A stretch of DNA of 64,000 nt, taken from the NCBI RefSeq assembly GCF_009914755.1, contig NC_060927.1, one strand, 5' to 3'. The DNA is from the human T2T-CHM13v2.0 reference genome, Homo sapiens. The first letter of the stretch is position 1. Each line of letters begins with the position of its first letter. The notes beneath the pieces are model-generated. The model was given only the letters and a program-made list of their open reading frames with translations. It was not told where the DNA came from and searched no databases. Below, piece after piece: positions 34,195 to 51,639 of this stretch. Both the position numbers and the translations under genes were made by a program.

Positions 34195-34725
34195 CCTGTG
34201 CTGTTCAATGCACTAGGCACTAGCCACATGCAGCTCTTTAGCACATGAGTTGTGGCTACTTCGAATTGAGATGATGGAAGTGTAAAATACACACTAAATT
34301 TCAAAGACTTAGTATAAGAAAAGAATATAGAATACCTCACTAACAATTTGATATTAATTATATGTGGAAATAATATTTTTAATAAATAGGATTAAATACA
34401 TTATTTAATTTATCTGTTTTTACTTTTTAAAATACAGACACTAGAAAACAGAATTACACATGTGGCTCACATTTATGACTGGGATTACATATGTAAGATT
34501 GCCAGATGTAGCAAATAAAAATACTGGATGTTCAGTTATATTTGAATTCCAGATAAACTCAAGTAATTTTTTGGTATATTTAGTAAATTTTCAGTATAAA
34601 TGTGTCTCATGCGATACCTGGGATATGCTTATACTAAAAGCAAAATTCATGGTTTATCTAAATTTCAAATTTAACTGGGTGTCCTGTGTTTTTTCTGGCC
34701 ACCCTAATATGTCTACCAGACAGCA
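34195..34725. mobile_element. MER33-like hAT-Charlie element interrupted by MER53
   Basis: gtgctgttcaat..cactagccacatg..aagtgtaaaatacac..tttcaaagacttagta..; end cagacagcac. Confidence 0.65.
34495..34706. mobile_element. MER53 palindromic hAT MITE
   Basis: Long imperfect inverted arms (ttgccaga..aaatactggatgttcagttatatttgaattccagataaac / gtttatctaaatttcaaatttaactgggtgtcctgtgttt..tctggccaccct), flanked by atatgt on both sides. Confidence 0.75.
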
Positions 34726-34737
34726 CCAATTACACTC

Positions 34738-34900
34738 TTGATACTCAGAGTGTGGTCTGAGGACTAGCAGCATAGGTCTTAACTGGGAGCTTGTCAGAAA
34801 TGCAGAATCACAGGCCTCACCTGTAGCCACCAAACTAGAACCTGCAGTTTAACAAAATTCTTAGGTGATTCATGTGGACACCAAGTTTAAGAAGCCCTGA
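34738..34900. mobile_element. MER5A-like MITE
   Basis: ctcagagtgtggtc..ctgggagcttgtcagaaatgcagaatc..aagtttaagaagccctg. Confidence 0.75.
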
Positions 34901-35803
34901 GCTTGAGAGCCACTAGCTGAGTGGAGGCATACAGGAGAAGAAATATGGAGGTCTCCAGCACCCTTGGCCAAGGCAGACAGCCCTGAACTCCAAACCCTGA
35001 ACCTAACCGCCTCTCTCCTCATCCCCACAATGCCCAGCACAAAAGGTTGGTTGAGTAAACAAATTATTTGTAAATGGGTAAGTGAATGAATGGATAAATA
35101 AATAGATGAGTGGGTGGCCAAATTGATGAATGTTTGAGATGGTGAATAAATTCAAGAGCAAATAGCCTGAATGGAGAAATTCCCAGTGAACTCTGGGAAC
35201 TCTGGCCTACTCAAGGGCCAGCAGAAGGAAGCAGATGGCTCAGATGGAAAAGCAAGCCAAAAAGCTGTCCCTTCCCTGGCTCAGGACAAGACCATGAAAA
35301 GAAATGCACTCCTTCTGGCCCAAGATCCACCATCTGCAGCCCAGGTAAGGTAGATAGGAAGGACTTTCCTTCCCTACCTATGCCAGCTTACCTGGAACTC
35401 GTGGGACCTGAATGCATATCCCCTTGCTCACCCAGCCCTGGTCCACTCTGCCCCCTGGAGTGGCCTACTACCAACTTGTTCTCTCTCAAACCATCTGAAG
35501 TTGCAGGAAATGTTTTGGATTATCCTTAATTATATAAAATGGGTCAGATTTTAGTTAATAAATGATCATTTCTTTCTCGATTGTTATTTGCATTACAAAT
35601 GTAGTACATGTTCCTGTAGAAAGAAAGCCCCACTACTATCCTTCTAGACATTTTATACATTTATCTATCTATACATAAATATTCTTGTATAAATGATATC
35701 ACACCAAACATTATTTTATGAACTCCTTATTTACTAAACAGTACATCTTTCATATCATCCAAAGTATACACATCTATCTCTTATAAATGGCTGCGCATTA
35801 TTT

Positions 35804-36102
35804 TTCTTTTTTTTATTTTTTATTTTAATTTATTTTTTTGGGTGGGGGAGACAGAGTCTCACTCTGTTGCCCAGGCTAGAACCTCCACCTTCTCAGGTTC
35901 AAGCGATTCTCCAGCCTCAGCCCTCGCGAGTAGCTGGGATTACAGGTACATGCTACCATGTCCGGCTAATTTTTGTATTTTTAGTAGAGATGGGGTTTCT
36001 CCACGTTGGCCAGGCTGGTCTCGAACTCCTGACCTCAGGTGACCTGCCCATCTTGGCCTCCCAATGTGCTGGGATTATAGATGTGAGCCACCGCGCCTGG
36101 CC
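35804..36102 (-). mobile_element. AluS with a deletion of about 28 nt in the right arm
   Basis: TSD ggctgc(g/a)cattattt at 35789-35803 and 36104-36118. Confidence 0.93.
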
Positions 36103-36189
36103 AGGCTGCACATTATTTCATCATGTGGATGCACCATAATTTATTGAAAAAAAAAATCCCCTGTTGTTGGACATTTTGGTATATCTAAA

Positions 36190-36550
36190 GTTCATTCTTA
36201 TTATAGGCAATGCTATTTGCTCCTGGCCACCTACCCCTCTTTTCCTAGTGAATATCTGCTCATCTTTCACATCTCAGCTCTATTTCCACTTTCTCAGAGA
36301 AGCTTTCCCTGAACTCCCCAGACTAGCGCAAACCACCCTATTATATGCTATAATAGCACCATGAGCCTCTCCCTTGTGCCTCTTATCACTGTTATAATTT
36401 CAGGTTTATAATTGTGATGTGATTAATGTCTCTCTCCCTATTATTCTATTAGCTCAATGAAAACAGGTTATAGGTGTTTTATTCACCATTGTATCCTCTG
36501 CACCTAGCACAGAGTCTGGCTCAAAGAAAGTTATTTATAAATAAATGATG
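36190..36550 (+). mobile_element. L2 3' fragment
   Basis: ttcaccattgtatcctctgcacctagcacagagtctggc..taaataaatga. Confidence 0.7.
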
Positions 36551-36749
36551 GGAGAAAGGAAAGAAAAGAGGAAGGAAGGGAGAGAGGGAGGGAGGGAGTA
36601 AGGAGCAAATAGAGAGCAAATAGAAGGATGATTAAATGAGGAAATGTATAGTGGATTCTGAACTCCTCAACAGCTTCAGGAGGCAGATGGCTCAGAGAGA
36701 AAATAAATTGAATGAATGAATAAAAATGAATAGTCTGTATGAATTTTCT

Positions 36750-38728
36750 GTTTGCCTAAACTCTGGCTTAACCCCATCTATTTTCTCAGGGACTTCAGTG
36801 TCTCAATTATCCCTCTGTTTTCTGAATCTGTCTCTTCTCTCCTAGTTTCCCATCACCATTTATACACTCTAGCCATGCCTTCCCCCCTTCATCCCCAATT
36901 TTCCTTCAACCCCATGCTCCTTTCCACCGTTGTTTCTCCTTTCATGGACAAACTTACGGGAAGACACATCTTCTGTGCTTCTCTTCCCTTTCCGACATCC
37001 TATTCACTCCTCCACTCCCTATATTCTGGCTTTCTTCCTTATCACACTATTAAAATTATCCCCTGAAGAGTCACCAATGACCCCCTTGTCATTCAATCTA
37101 CTGGACACCCCTCAGTCCTCCGCCTGCTTGACCTCTACCGGCATTCAACAGTGTCACACTCACTTCTCCTCCAAGCATTCTTTTATCTTGCCTTCCATGA
37201 TCCCACATCCTCAATCTCCTCCCAATTCTCTGGTCAACACTTGCCAGTCTCTTTGCTGATGCCTCTTGCTCTGTCTGTCCTCTAAGTGTTGGTAGTATTC
37301 CTAAAGGTTCTGTCCTTGACTCTCCATGCTACAGATTCTGCAGTCTCTTCCTACATGATTTTGTTTCTCTAACAACCATCTTGTCTCTCTCAACATATGT
37401 CATTCATACGTTGATGACTCAGAAACCTACACCTCCAAATCCCTAAATCTAACTATTTATGAGACATTTCTATATGCACAGACCAAGATACCTCATAGTC
37501 ATCCCATACCCAACTGAGCTCATCCTCCCCTTTCTCCAAACTCCAAAGTGGTTTTCCTTCTGCCATGTTTTTTTATTTCAATATAATCTACCACAATCCC
37601 CTCAGATACCACACCAGAAGTTAGACATCTTTCTTAACACCCTCTTCTCTCTTACTCTCCTCAACCACGGAAATCTATTGACCCTGCCAGCTCTGAGACA
37701 TGTACTGCAGGCTGGTTCATTCAACAACATTCCAGTTACTTTCTAGCATTCCTTCCTGTACAAAGGTTGTAGATATCTCTTGCTTCTTTGTCACTGGGGG
37801 TATGTATATGATTAAGGTTCTTCTAATTAGATGAACATGCATGAGGCTTTTATCATAACTGCATTAGGCAGAGCATGGGGCATTCATGTTGCTGGTATGG
37901 ATAGTAGCAGAGGCCATGTGGTTCTGGGTTTTGTAGTCACAGGCCAGCTTTTTGACCATGATGAAAGTATTTCTCTACCATCCCCATTAGAGTATTTTTC
38001 CAAAAGCTCAGACTAGTGTCTATTGGGTGAGCCTTCCTAAATTTTCTGTGAGCTACCTAATATCCTATAATAAATCTCTTCCTGATTAAATGTCCTGGAA
38101 TAGATTCTGTTGTTTGCAACTAAGAACCCTGATCAATACAACCTTCTGAGTATATTTCAAATCCATCTACTTCTCTCCATTGGCATTGAGACTCCTGGAG
38201 TCAAGGACACTGTAAGTTCTTGCCTGGCCCATTCAGAGCCTTCTGGGTTTCCTGCTGTTAGTCAGTTTCCCACTAGTCCATTTCATCCTCCATATGCAAC
38301 CAAAGTAACCTTCTAAGATGTAAATATGATCATGTCCCTTTTCTGGCTAAACCCTTCGTTGGCTTGCCATTACCCTTGGGATGAAGTCTAAAATCTTTAA
38401 CAGGCCTACAAGAGCCTCCCTGGCCTACAAGAACTCCATGTCCTTGCTTTTGCCCAATTCCCTCACCCCTCTCACCATTGACCCCCACCTCACTCTGCTG
38501 CAGCCACTCCAACCTCCTTTAGCACCTGGCCTCATCAAACTCACCCTTCATTCTCAGCCTTTGCACCCACTGCTCTCTGGTTCTTCTCCCATTTTCTGGC
38601 TCACTTCCAATCATCTCTCAGGTTTCCATTAGATAGCACTTCATTCAAGAAGTTTCCACAACTACAAAGATTAAATAAAATTCTCTGGAGTACCACTCTG
38701 TACCTCACCTAATTCATGTTTTTGGTAA
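36750..38728 (+). mobile_element. Long L2 remnant, continuing at about 48960-49095, interrupted by a MaLR
   Basis: Pyrimidine-rich L2 ORF2/3' tracts (gtcaccaatgacc, gatcatgtccct..taaaaccctt..ggcttgccattacccttggg). Confidence 0.65.
37701..38140 (+). mobile_element. Old MaLR LTR (MLT1K/L-like)
   Basis: Terminal aataaatctc..ttctgttgtttgcaactaagaaccctgatcaataca. Confidence 0.6.
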
Positions 38729-40407
38729 TTTCTTTTTTTAATTTTGTGTTTTAATTTTTGTGGATACATGTATCTATATATAGTAGATATATATATTTAT
38801 GGGGTAAATGAGATGTTTTGATACAGGCATGCAATATGTAATAATTACATCATGTAAAATGCAGTATCCATCCCCTCAAGTATTTATCCTTTGTGTTACC
38901 AACAATCCAATTGTGGCATTTCAGTTACTTTGTAATATACAATCAAGTTATTATTGACTGTAGTCACTCTGTTGTGCTATCAAATAGTAGGTATTATTCA
39001 TTCTTTCTGAGTATTTTTTTTTGTATGCATTAACTATCCCCACCTCCCCACTCCCACCTTCCCACTACCCTTCCCAGGCTCTGGTAACCATATTTCTGCC
39101 CTCTATCTTCATGAATTCAATTGTTCTGATTTTTAGATCCCAGAAATAAATGAGAACATGTGATGCTTGTCTTTTTGTGCCTGGCTTATTTCACTTTGCA
39201 TAATGACCTCGAGTTCCACCCATGTTGTTGCAAATGACAGGATTTCATTCTTTTTTATGGCTGGATACTACTCCATTGTGTATATGTACCCATTCATCTG
39301 CTGATGGACACTGAGATTGCTTCCAAATTTTGGCTATTGTGAACAGTGCTGCAACAAACATGGAAGTGCATATAACTCTTCGATATACTGATCTCCTGTC
39401 TTCTGGGTATATACCCAGCAGTAGAATTGCTGGATCATATGATACCTCTATTTTCAGTTTTTTGAGGAACCTCCAAACTGTTCTCCATAGTGGTTGTACT
39501 AACATACATTCCCACCAACAGTGTATGAGGGTTCCCTTTTCTCTACGTCCTAACTAGCATTTGTTATTACCTATCTTGCGAATATAAGCCATTTTAACTG
39601 GGGTGAGATGCTATCTCATTGTAGTTTTGATTTGTATTTCTGTGATGATTAGTGATGTTGAGCACCTTTTCATATGCCTGTTGCCATTTGTATGTCTTCT
39701 TTTGAGAAATGTCTACTGAAATCTTTTGCCTAGTTTTTTATCAGATTCTTAGATTTTTTTTTTCCTACAGAGTTGTTTGAGCTCCTTATATATTCTGGTT
39801 ATTAATCCCTTGTCATATGGGTAGTTTGCAAATATTTTCTCCCATTCTGTGAGTTGTCTCTTCACTTTGTTGATTATTTGCTTTGCTGTGCAGAAGCTTT
39901 TTAACTTGATGTGATTTCATTGTCCATTTTTGCTTTGGTTGCCTGTGTTTGTGGGGTACTACTCAGGAAACTTTTGCCCAGACCAGTGTCCTGGAGATTT
40001 TCCCAATGTTTTCTTGTAGTAGTTTCATTGTTTGAGGTCTTAGATTTAAGTCCTTAATCCATTTTGATTTGATTTTTGTATATGGCAGGAGTCTAGTTCC
40101 CTTCTTCTGCATGTGGATATTCAATTTTCCCAGCACCATTTATTGAAAAGACTGTCTTTTCCCAAGTGAATGTTCTTGGCACCTTTGTTGAAAATGAGTT
40201 CACTGTAGGTGTGCGGATTTGTTTCTGGGTTCTTTATTCTGTTCCATTGGCCTATGTGTCTGTTTTTGTGCCGGTACTATGCTGTTTGGTTACTATAGCT
40301 CTATAGTATAATTTGAAGTAAGATAGTGTGATTCCACTGGTTTTGTTCTTTTTGCTTAGGATCATTTTTGCTATTCTGAGTCTTTTGTGATTCCAAATAA
40401 ATTTTAG

Positions 40408-40754
<347 letters not shown>

Positions 40755-42693
40755 TGTCATTGATATTTTGATCGGGGTTGCATTGAATCTGTAGATTGCT
40801 TTGCATAGTATAAACATTTTAACAATATTGATTCTTCCAATCCATGAACATGGAATATCTTTTTATTTTTTGGCATCTTCAATTTCTTTCATCAGTGTTT
40901 TATAGTTTTTATTATAGAGATCTTTCACTTCTTTGATTAAGTTAATTCCTAGGTATGTAATTTTATTTGTGGCTATTGTAAATTGGATTTTTTTTAAATT
41001 TCTTTTTCTGCGGCCACCACCACTAGGACTTTACTGGGTCAGACATGAAGCCAGCACAACACTGGGTCTCACCCAAGGCCTGCTGTAACCACTCCCTGCC
41101 TATGACCTATGTTGACTCAAGACCCTGGGGCTCTACAATCAGCAGGTGGCAAAGCCAGCCAGACTTGTATCCTTCCCTTCAGGGTGGTGAGTTCCTCCAG
41201 GCCCCAGGCATGTCCAGATGTGCTGTCTGGGAGCCAGTGACTAGAGTCAAAAACCTTAGAAGTCTACCTGATGTTCTATTATACTGCAGCTGAGCTGGCA
41301 CTCAGACCACAAGATGCAGTCCTTCACATTCTCCCCTTCCCTTTCCAAAGGCAGAGGAACCTCACCCCATGGCCACTGCCACCACAGGCCCACAGGGAGT
41401 ACTGCCAGACTACCATCAATGTTCTCTTAAGGCCCAAGGACTCTTCAGTCAGTTTGTGATGAATGCTTCCTGGCCTGGGACTCGCCCTTCAGGGTAGTGG
41501 GCTCCCCTCTGGCCCAGGACAGGTCCGGAAATGTCATCTAAGAACCAAGTCCTGGAATCAGGGCCCCCAAGAGCCTGCTTTGTGCTCTACCCACCTGTGG
41601 CCAAGCTGGCACTTAAGGTGCAAGACAAGATCCCCTTGCATTTCCCTCCACTTTTCTCAAGTGGAAGGAGTCTCACCCCATAGCCACCACATCTGGGAAT
41701 TGTGCTGAGCCTCACCTGAAACCAGCAAGTCTCATGAGATTCAACCAAGGTCCTCAAGGTAGTACCTGGGCATTGCTCCTGGTTATACAGTGCCCAAAGG
41801 CTCTTCAGTTAGCAGGTGATGAATCCTGCCAGGACTGGGTCCTTCCCTTTAAGATAGCAGGTTTCTTTCTGGTCCAACATGTGTCCAGAAATGTCTGAGG
41901 ACTAAGGCCTGAAAAGGGGGTCTCACAACTCTGTCCAGTGCCCTAAACTGCTGTGGCTGAGCTGGTATCCAAGATGCAAGACAGTCCTCCCCAAGCTTCC
42001 CTTTTCTCTCCTCAAGCAGAGGGTAAAAGTCTCTTTTGAAGCTGTGAGCTGCTCAGCCTGGATGAGGGGAAAAATGATGCCAGCATTCCCTTAGCTGCCC
42101 CAGCTGGTGTCTCAGGAGGTCACACCCCTGCAACCCCAGTCCACTGGCTCTGGGTGCAGTTCAGCACTCAGACTCACCCAGGAGTTCCAGTCTGTGGGGC
42201 CTAGACTGCCTTTCAAGTTTATTCAGAGACCTGGAGTACTTTAGCCCTTGGAGGCGAGGCTTGGAGGAACTCAAGTCTGGACTACAGGGATCAACAATTG
42301 TCCTCTGGCAAGGACTGGTTTAAATGCTCCCTCCATGGGTGGGTGTCAGCTGAGTTTGGTCCAGTTTTGTTTTCTGTTATCAAAGGGCAGCACTGAGTTC
42401 AATGCCTCACAAATACTGTAGTCTCACTTCCCTGGAGTCCAGAGACACTCTTCACACCACACTGCCACTGCTGGGGGATAGAGGAGGGGTAGCATTGGTG
42501 ATTCAAGACTGTTTTTCCAGGGGTGGTTCCAAGATGGCCAAATAGGAACAGTTCCAGTCTACAGCTCCCAGCGTGAGTGATGCAGAAGACCAGTGATTTC
42601 TGCATTTCCAACTGAGGTACTTGGTTCATCTCACTGCGGCTTGTCAGACAGTGGGTGCAGTGCACCGAGTGTGAGCCGAAGCAGGGCGAGGCA

Positions 42694-42957
42694 TCACCTC
42701 ACCCGGGAAGCACAGGGGGCCAGGGAATTCCCTTTCATAGCCAAGCAAAGCTGTGACAGATGGCACCTGGAAAATCGGGTCACTCCCACCCTAATACTGC
42801 ACTTTTCCAATGGTCTTAGCAAATGGCACACCAGGAGATTATATCCCGTACATGGCTTGGAAGGTGCCACACCCACGGAGCCTCGTTCATTGCTAGCACA
42901 GCAGTCTGAGATCGAACTGCAAGGTGGCAGTGAGGCTGGGGGAGGGGTGCCCACCAT
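42694..42957 (-). CDS. L1 antisense ORF0-like open frame, 87 aa; expression unknown
   Basis: MVGTPPPASLPPCSSISDCCASNERGSVGV...IRVGVTRFSRC matches primate L1 ORF0; true ATG in GCAATGG context. Confidence 0.6.
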   Translation of the reverse strand: MVGTPPPASLPPCSSISDCCASNERGSVGVAPSKPCTGYNLLVCHLLRPLEKCSIRVGVTRFSRCHLSQLCLAMKGNSLAPCASRVR

Positions 42958-43531
42958 TGCTGAGGCTTGAGTAGGTAAACAAAGCGGCCAAGAGCTCTAA
43001 CTGGGTGGAGCTCACTGCAGCTCAAGGAGGCCTACCTGCCTCTGTAGACTCCACCTCTGGGGGCAGGGCATAGGCAAACAAAAGGCAGCAGAAACCTCTG
43101 CAGACTTAAATGTCCCTGTCTGACAGCTTTGAAGAGAGTAGTGGTTCTCCTAGCACAGAGTTTGAGATCTGAGAACAGACAGACTGCCTCCTCAAGTGGG
43201 TCCCTGTCCCCTGAGTAGCCAATGTGGGAGGCACCCCCCAGTAGGGGCAAACTGACACCTCACAAAGCCAGGTAACCCTCTGAGACGAAACCTCCAGAGG
43301 AACGATCAGACAGCAACATTTGCTGTTCAGCAATACTTGCTGTTCTGCAGCCTCCACTGCGGATACCCAGGCAAACAGGGTCTGGAGTGGACCTCCAGTA
43401 AACTCCAACAGACCTGCAGCTGAGGGTCCTGACTGTTAAAAGGACAACTAACAAACAGAAAGGACATCCACACCAAAACCCCATCTGTACGTCACCATCA
43501 TCAAAGACCAAAGGTAGATAAAACCACAAAG

Positions 43532-44548
43532 CTGGGGAAAAAACAGAGCAGAGAAACTGAAAATTCTAAAAATCAGAGCGCCTCTCTTTCTCCAAAGGAA
43601 GACAGCTCCTCACCAGCAACGGAACAAAGCTGGACGGAGAATGATTTTGACGAGTTGAGAGAAGAAGGCTTCAGATGATCAAACTCCTCTGAGCTAAAGG
43701 AGAAAGTTCAAACCTATCGCAAAGAAGTTAAAAACCTTGAAAAAAAATTAGACGAATGGCTAACTAGAATAACCAATGCAGAGAAGTCCTTAAAGGGCCT
43801 GATGGAGCTGAAAACCATGGCATGAGAACTACATGACAAATGCACAAGCTTCAGTAGCTGATTCGATCAACTGGAAGAAAGGGTATCAGTGATTGAAGAT
43901 CAAATGAATGAAATGAAGTGAGAAGAGAAGTTTAGAGAAAAAAGAATAAAAAGAAATGAACAAAGCCTCCAAGGAATGTGGGACTACATGAAAAGACCAA
44001 ATCTACATCTGATTGGTGTACCTGAAAGTGACAAGGAGAATGGAACCAAGTTGGAAAACACTCTGCAGGATATTATCCAGGAGAACTTCCCCAACCTAGC
44101 AAGGCAGGCCAACATTCAAATTCAGGAAATACAGAGAACGCCACAAAGATACTCCTCGAGAGGAGCAACTCCAAGACACATAACTGTCAGATTCACCAAA
44201 GATGAAATGAAGAAAAAAGTGTTAAGGGCAGCCAGAGAGAAAGGTCGGGTTACCCACAAAGGGAAGCCCATCAGACTAACAGCTGATCTCTCAGCAGAAA
44301 CTCTACAAGCCAGAAGAGAGTGGGGGCCAATATTCAACATTCTTAAAGAAAAGAATTTTCTATCCAGAATTTCATATCCAGCCAAACTAAGCTTCATAAG
44401 TGAAGGAGAAATAAAATCCTTTACAAACAAGCAAATGCTGAGAGATTTTGTCACCACCAGGCCTGCCCTACAAGAGCTCCTGAAGGAAGCACTAAACATG
44501 GAAAGGAACAACCAGTACCAGCCACTGCAAAAACATGCCAAATTGTAA
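43532..44548 (+). pseudogene. L1 ORF1, disrupted
   Basis: Start codon mutated to CTG (caaagCTGgggaaaaaacag); in-frame stops in the coiled-coil region; C-terminal 190 aa open to QKHAKL*. Confidence 0.92.
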
Positions 44549-44611
44549 AGACCACTGAGGCTAGGAAGAAACTGCATCAACTAACGAACAAAATAACCAG
44601 CTAACATCATA

Positions 44612-48412
<3,801 letters not shown>

Positions 48413-48611
48413 ACAATGAGGACACAGGAAGGGGAACATCACACACCGGGGCCTGTTGTGGGGTTGGGGGAGTGGGGAGGGATAGCATTAGGAGATATAC
48501 CTAATGTAAATGATGAGTTAATGGGTGCAGCACACCAACATGGCACATGTATACATATGTAACAAACCTGCATGTTGTGCACCTGTACCCTAGAACTTAA
48601 AGTATAATAAA

Positions 48612-48763
48612 ATATGTATATATATACATATATATGTATATATATACACATATATATGTATATATATATACACACGTATATATATATACACATATATATG
48701 TATATATATATACACGTGTGTATATATATATATATATACACATATATATATATATGTATATAT
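48612..48763. repeat. Compound (TA)n/(TATG)/(TACA) microsatellite replacing the L1 poly-A tail
   Basis: Directly visible alternating purine-pyrimidine tract inside the TSD. Confidence 0.97.
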
Positions 48764-49119
48764 AGACTGTTTTTCCTACCTGTTCAATGCCTCTTTCAGT
48801 GATATAAAGTTAAAACCAGGTACTGGGGTGTTTGCCTTCCTTTTGGTTCTTATGAAGGTCATTTTTTTGTGTAGATAGTTGTTAAACTGGTGTCCTTGTG
48901 GGGTGGGGAGAGGATCGGTGGAGACTTCTATTCCACCATCTTGCTCTGCTCCCTCTAATAATTTAATTGTCTGTTTCCTGCCTCTCAACTGTGGGCTTCC
49001 TGAGAGCCAATACCATGTCTGTATTTTTCTCCATTGAATCCCCACCACTTTGCAAAATTATTACAATGCTTACTAATCTTTTGAATAAGTGAATGTTTTA
49101 GTAAACATACTTGCATATA

Positions 49120-49292
49120 AATTGTACCTAATCTCTCAGTACCTCACTTTCTTTACCTGTAAAGTTGGAATATTTAGAATGCCCATCTCATAGGGTTGTT
49201 ATGAAGATTCAATCGAGCTATGCCTCTGAAGTTCTTGAATAATGTCTGGTACGGTGTAAGTACTCAATAAATGTCAGCGGCCGTTATTATTA
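49120..49292 (+). mobile_element. MIR
   Basis: ctcatagggttgttatgaagatt..gtaagtactcaataaatgtcagc..ttattatt. Confidence 0.75.
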
Positions 49293-50329
49293 TTTCTTCA
49301 CATTTAGATGATCTGTGTGAATTTGCATTGTGTAAATTGAGGAAGAAGCTGGATGTGAGATCTGGGTACACATGGTATGTAACAGGGACAGGTGCAAGGA
49401 AGCAGGATCTCAGAGGCAGAGATGATGAGAACCAAGCTGCTCAGGAAACTGCAGAAATCTTGAGTGGGACTTTGGAGATCCATGAGCTATAGAATGAGTG
49501 ATAGAACTATCTTATCTAGATCTTAAGAGGCCAAGTGCTCTGGGTAACCAAGTATGTACATAGACATGCATAGCCACATTCAGGAGAACAAGTCTTTCTT
49601 TAGGCATAGAGCAGTTTCATTTCAAACTGAGAAAAAAAAATTTTTATACTCCATTTACTTCTTCTTACCAAACAAATAAACATATTCTGCAGAGATACAA
49701 CTCTGACTCAAGCATACACCAAAAAAAAAAAGAGAGAGAGAGAGTTCCTTACACATCAGTACACTTGGATTATAAGTATACAAACATCTACGTTATGGTT
49801 GGGTATAACAATGCATTTTCTCCCCAAATAGCAAGTGGGTATGTATTTTATATATGTGTAATTATAGTGTGTTAGTTACGGTGGTGCCCAGAACAAAATT
49901 CAGCTTATGCTGAAGGACTATTACAGCATATATCTCTAGTGAAATTAAAAATTGCTTACAACTTAAATGCTAGGTTTTTTTCTACTTCTTCCCATCAAGA
50001 TTTCAAAAATCAAAGATTCTAATTTTTCAAAAAGTAAACACTGGTAAAAACCTAAATAAACAGTGGGAGAAAGGTTAAATAAATATGATACATCTACATG
50101 ATAACATATTAAAATTTATGCTTGCAATGGGTTTTAATGAAGAAAATATTTTTGACAAATATAAAGTTAAATGAAAAAACATAATAAAATGTGTATGTGC
50201 AGTCTGATCCCAAATATGTAAAATGTATGTATTCAGGGAAAGAAGACAAGAGGTAAATAAAGACAAAATGTTAACAATAGTATCTCTTACAGGAATCTAT
50301 GCTTTGTTGGCTTGAGGAATATTTTTCCT

Positions 50330-50690
50330 TTTATTTATTTATTATTAGAACTTGCTTTTTTAGAACAGTTTTACGTTCACAGCAAAACTCAGAGGAAGGT
50401 AGACATATTTTCCATATACACTGTGCTCCTATATCCTACACATTAAGAGCCTCTCCCATTATCAACATCCCCCACAGAGTGGTACATTTCTTGCTATTGA
50501 CAAACCTTCATTGACACATCATTATCATCCACAGTGCATAGTTTACTTTAGGGTTTACTCTTGGTGTTGTGCACTCTATGAGTCTGGACACATGTATAAT
50601 GACAAATGTGTAATATATCCACCATCATAGCATCATACAGTGGTTTCACTGCCCTAAAAACCCCCTGTGCTCCACCTATTCATCCCTCCT
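50330..50690 (-). mobile_element. L1MC/MD-like 3' fragment
   Basis: tttagaacagttttacgttcacagcaaaa..catccccacagagtggtacatt..cccctgtgctccacctattcatccct. Confidence 0.75.
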
Positions 50691-51210
50691 TTGGGTTTTT
50701 TTGTAAATTTTTTATTCTCTCACTTTTATATTACCGTTTATATTACTTTTGTGAAAATAAAAAAATAAACATAGTAACTTAAAGAAAACCTTTGTGAAAG
50801 AAAATGCAGGTTGGAGTCTTAGTTGTCCTCATGACTCAAAAACCCTTTGAGTAAGTTTTTAGCTCCCCTGAATAAAAGCACCTAAAGGTGAACCTGCAGT
50901 TGATGTGTTGAACATTGGGAGGTGGCAGGAAGGCGAGCAGGCCTACAGCTAGTCAAACAGAAACCAGCCCTCCCTACCTTGTTTGCTCTCTTGTCTCACC
51001 CTCCTCGTGATTCCTGAGAGCAGGAAACAGAGTCCGCTCCTGATACTGAAAGCAGCTTAGATAAAGCATGTGTGGTGGGTAAATGAAAACCTCTATGGCC
51101 ATCAGCCCTAACACTTCCCACACGGGGGATTTCCTCCCATCTTAGTGTCATCACAAAGTTATTATACACATTAACTAGAGGTGATTTAATTTTATATTTT
51201 AAAAAAAAAT

Positions 51211-51498
51211 TTTGAGACAGGGTCTTGCTCTATTGACCTGGCTGGAGTGCAGTGGTGCCATATTCACAGTTCATTGCAGCCTCGACCTCCTGGGCTCAAG
51301 TGATCCTCCCACCTCAGCCACCCAAGTAGCTAGAACTACAGGCACACGCCACCATGCCCAGCTATTTTTGTATTCTTTTGTAGAGATGGGGTTTTGGCAT
51401 GTTGTCCAGGCTGGTCTCAAACTCCTGAGCTCAAGCAATTAGCTCACTTTGGCCACCCAAAAAGCTGGGATTACAGGTGTGAGCTACCGCGCCTGGCC
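51211..51498 (-). mobile_element. AluJ
   Basis: gacagggtcttgctc, gcagcctcgacctcctgggctcaagtgatcc; TSD taaaaaaaaat at 51200-51210 and 51499-51509. Confidence 0.92.
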
Positions 51499-51639
51499 TA
51501 AAAAAAAATGTCTATGTACCCTAAGAAGTCAGAGGGGAAATGCCTCCTCCATTCATGCATTTAAACACTTTGGTTTGGAAAACACAGTCCCTCTATGGGA
51601 CCTTTACTACGAATGTTTTGAAGCACCACTGCCTGAAAC

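Noticed and set aside
33786-34346. 186-aa minus-strand ORF
   Set aside because: It begins inside MER33/MER5 MITE sequence; the open frame is explained by local GC content.
48439-48802. Tyr/Ile-rich ORFs
   Set aside because: Translation of the (TA)n microsatellite.
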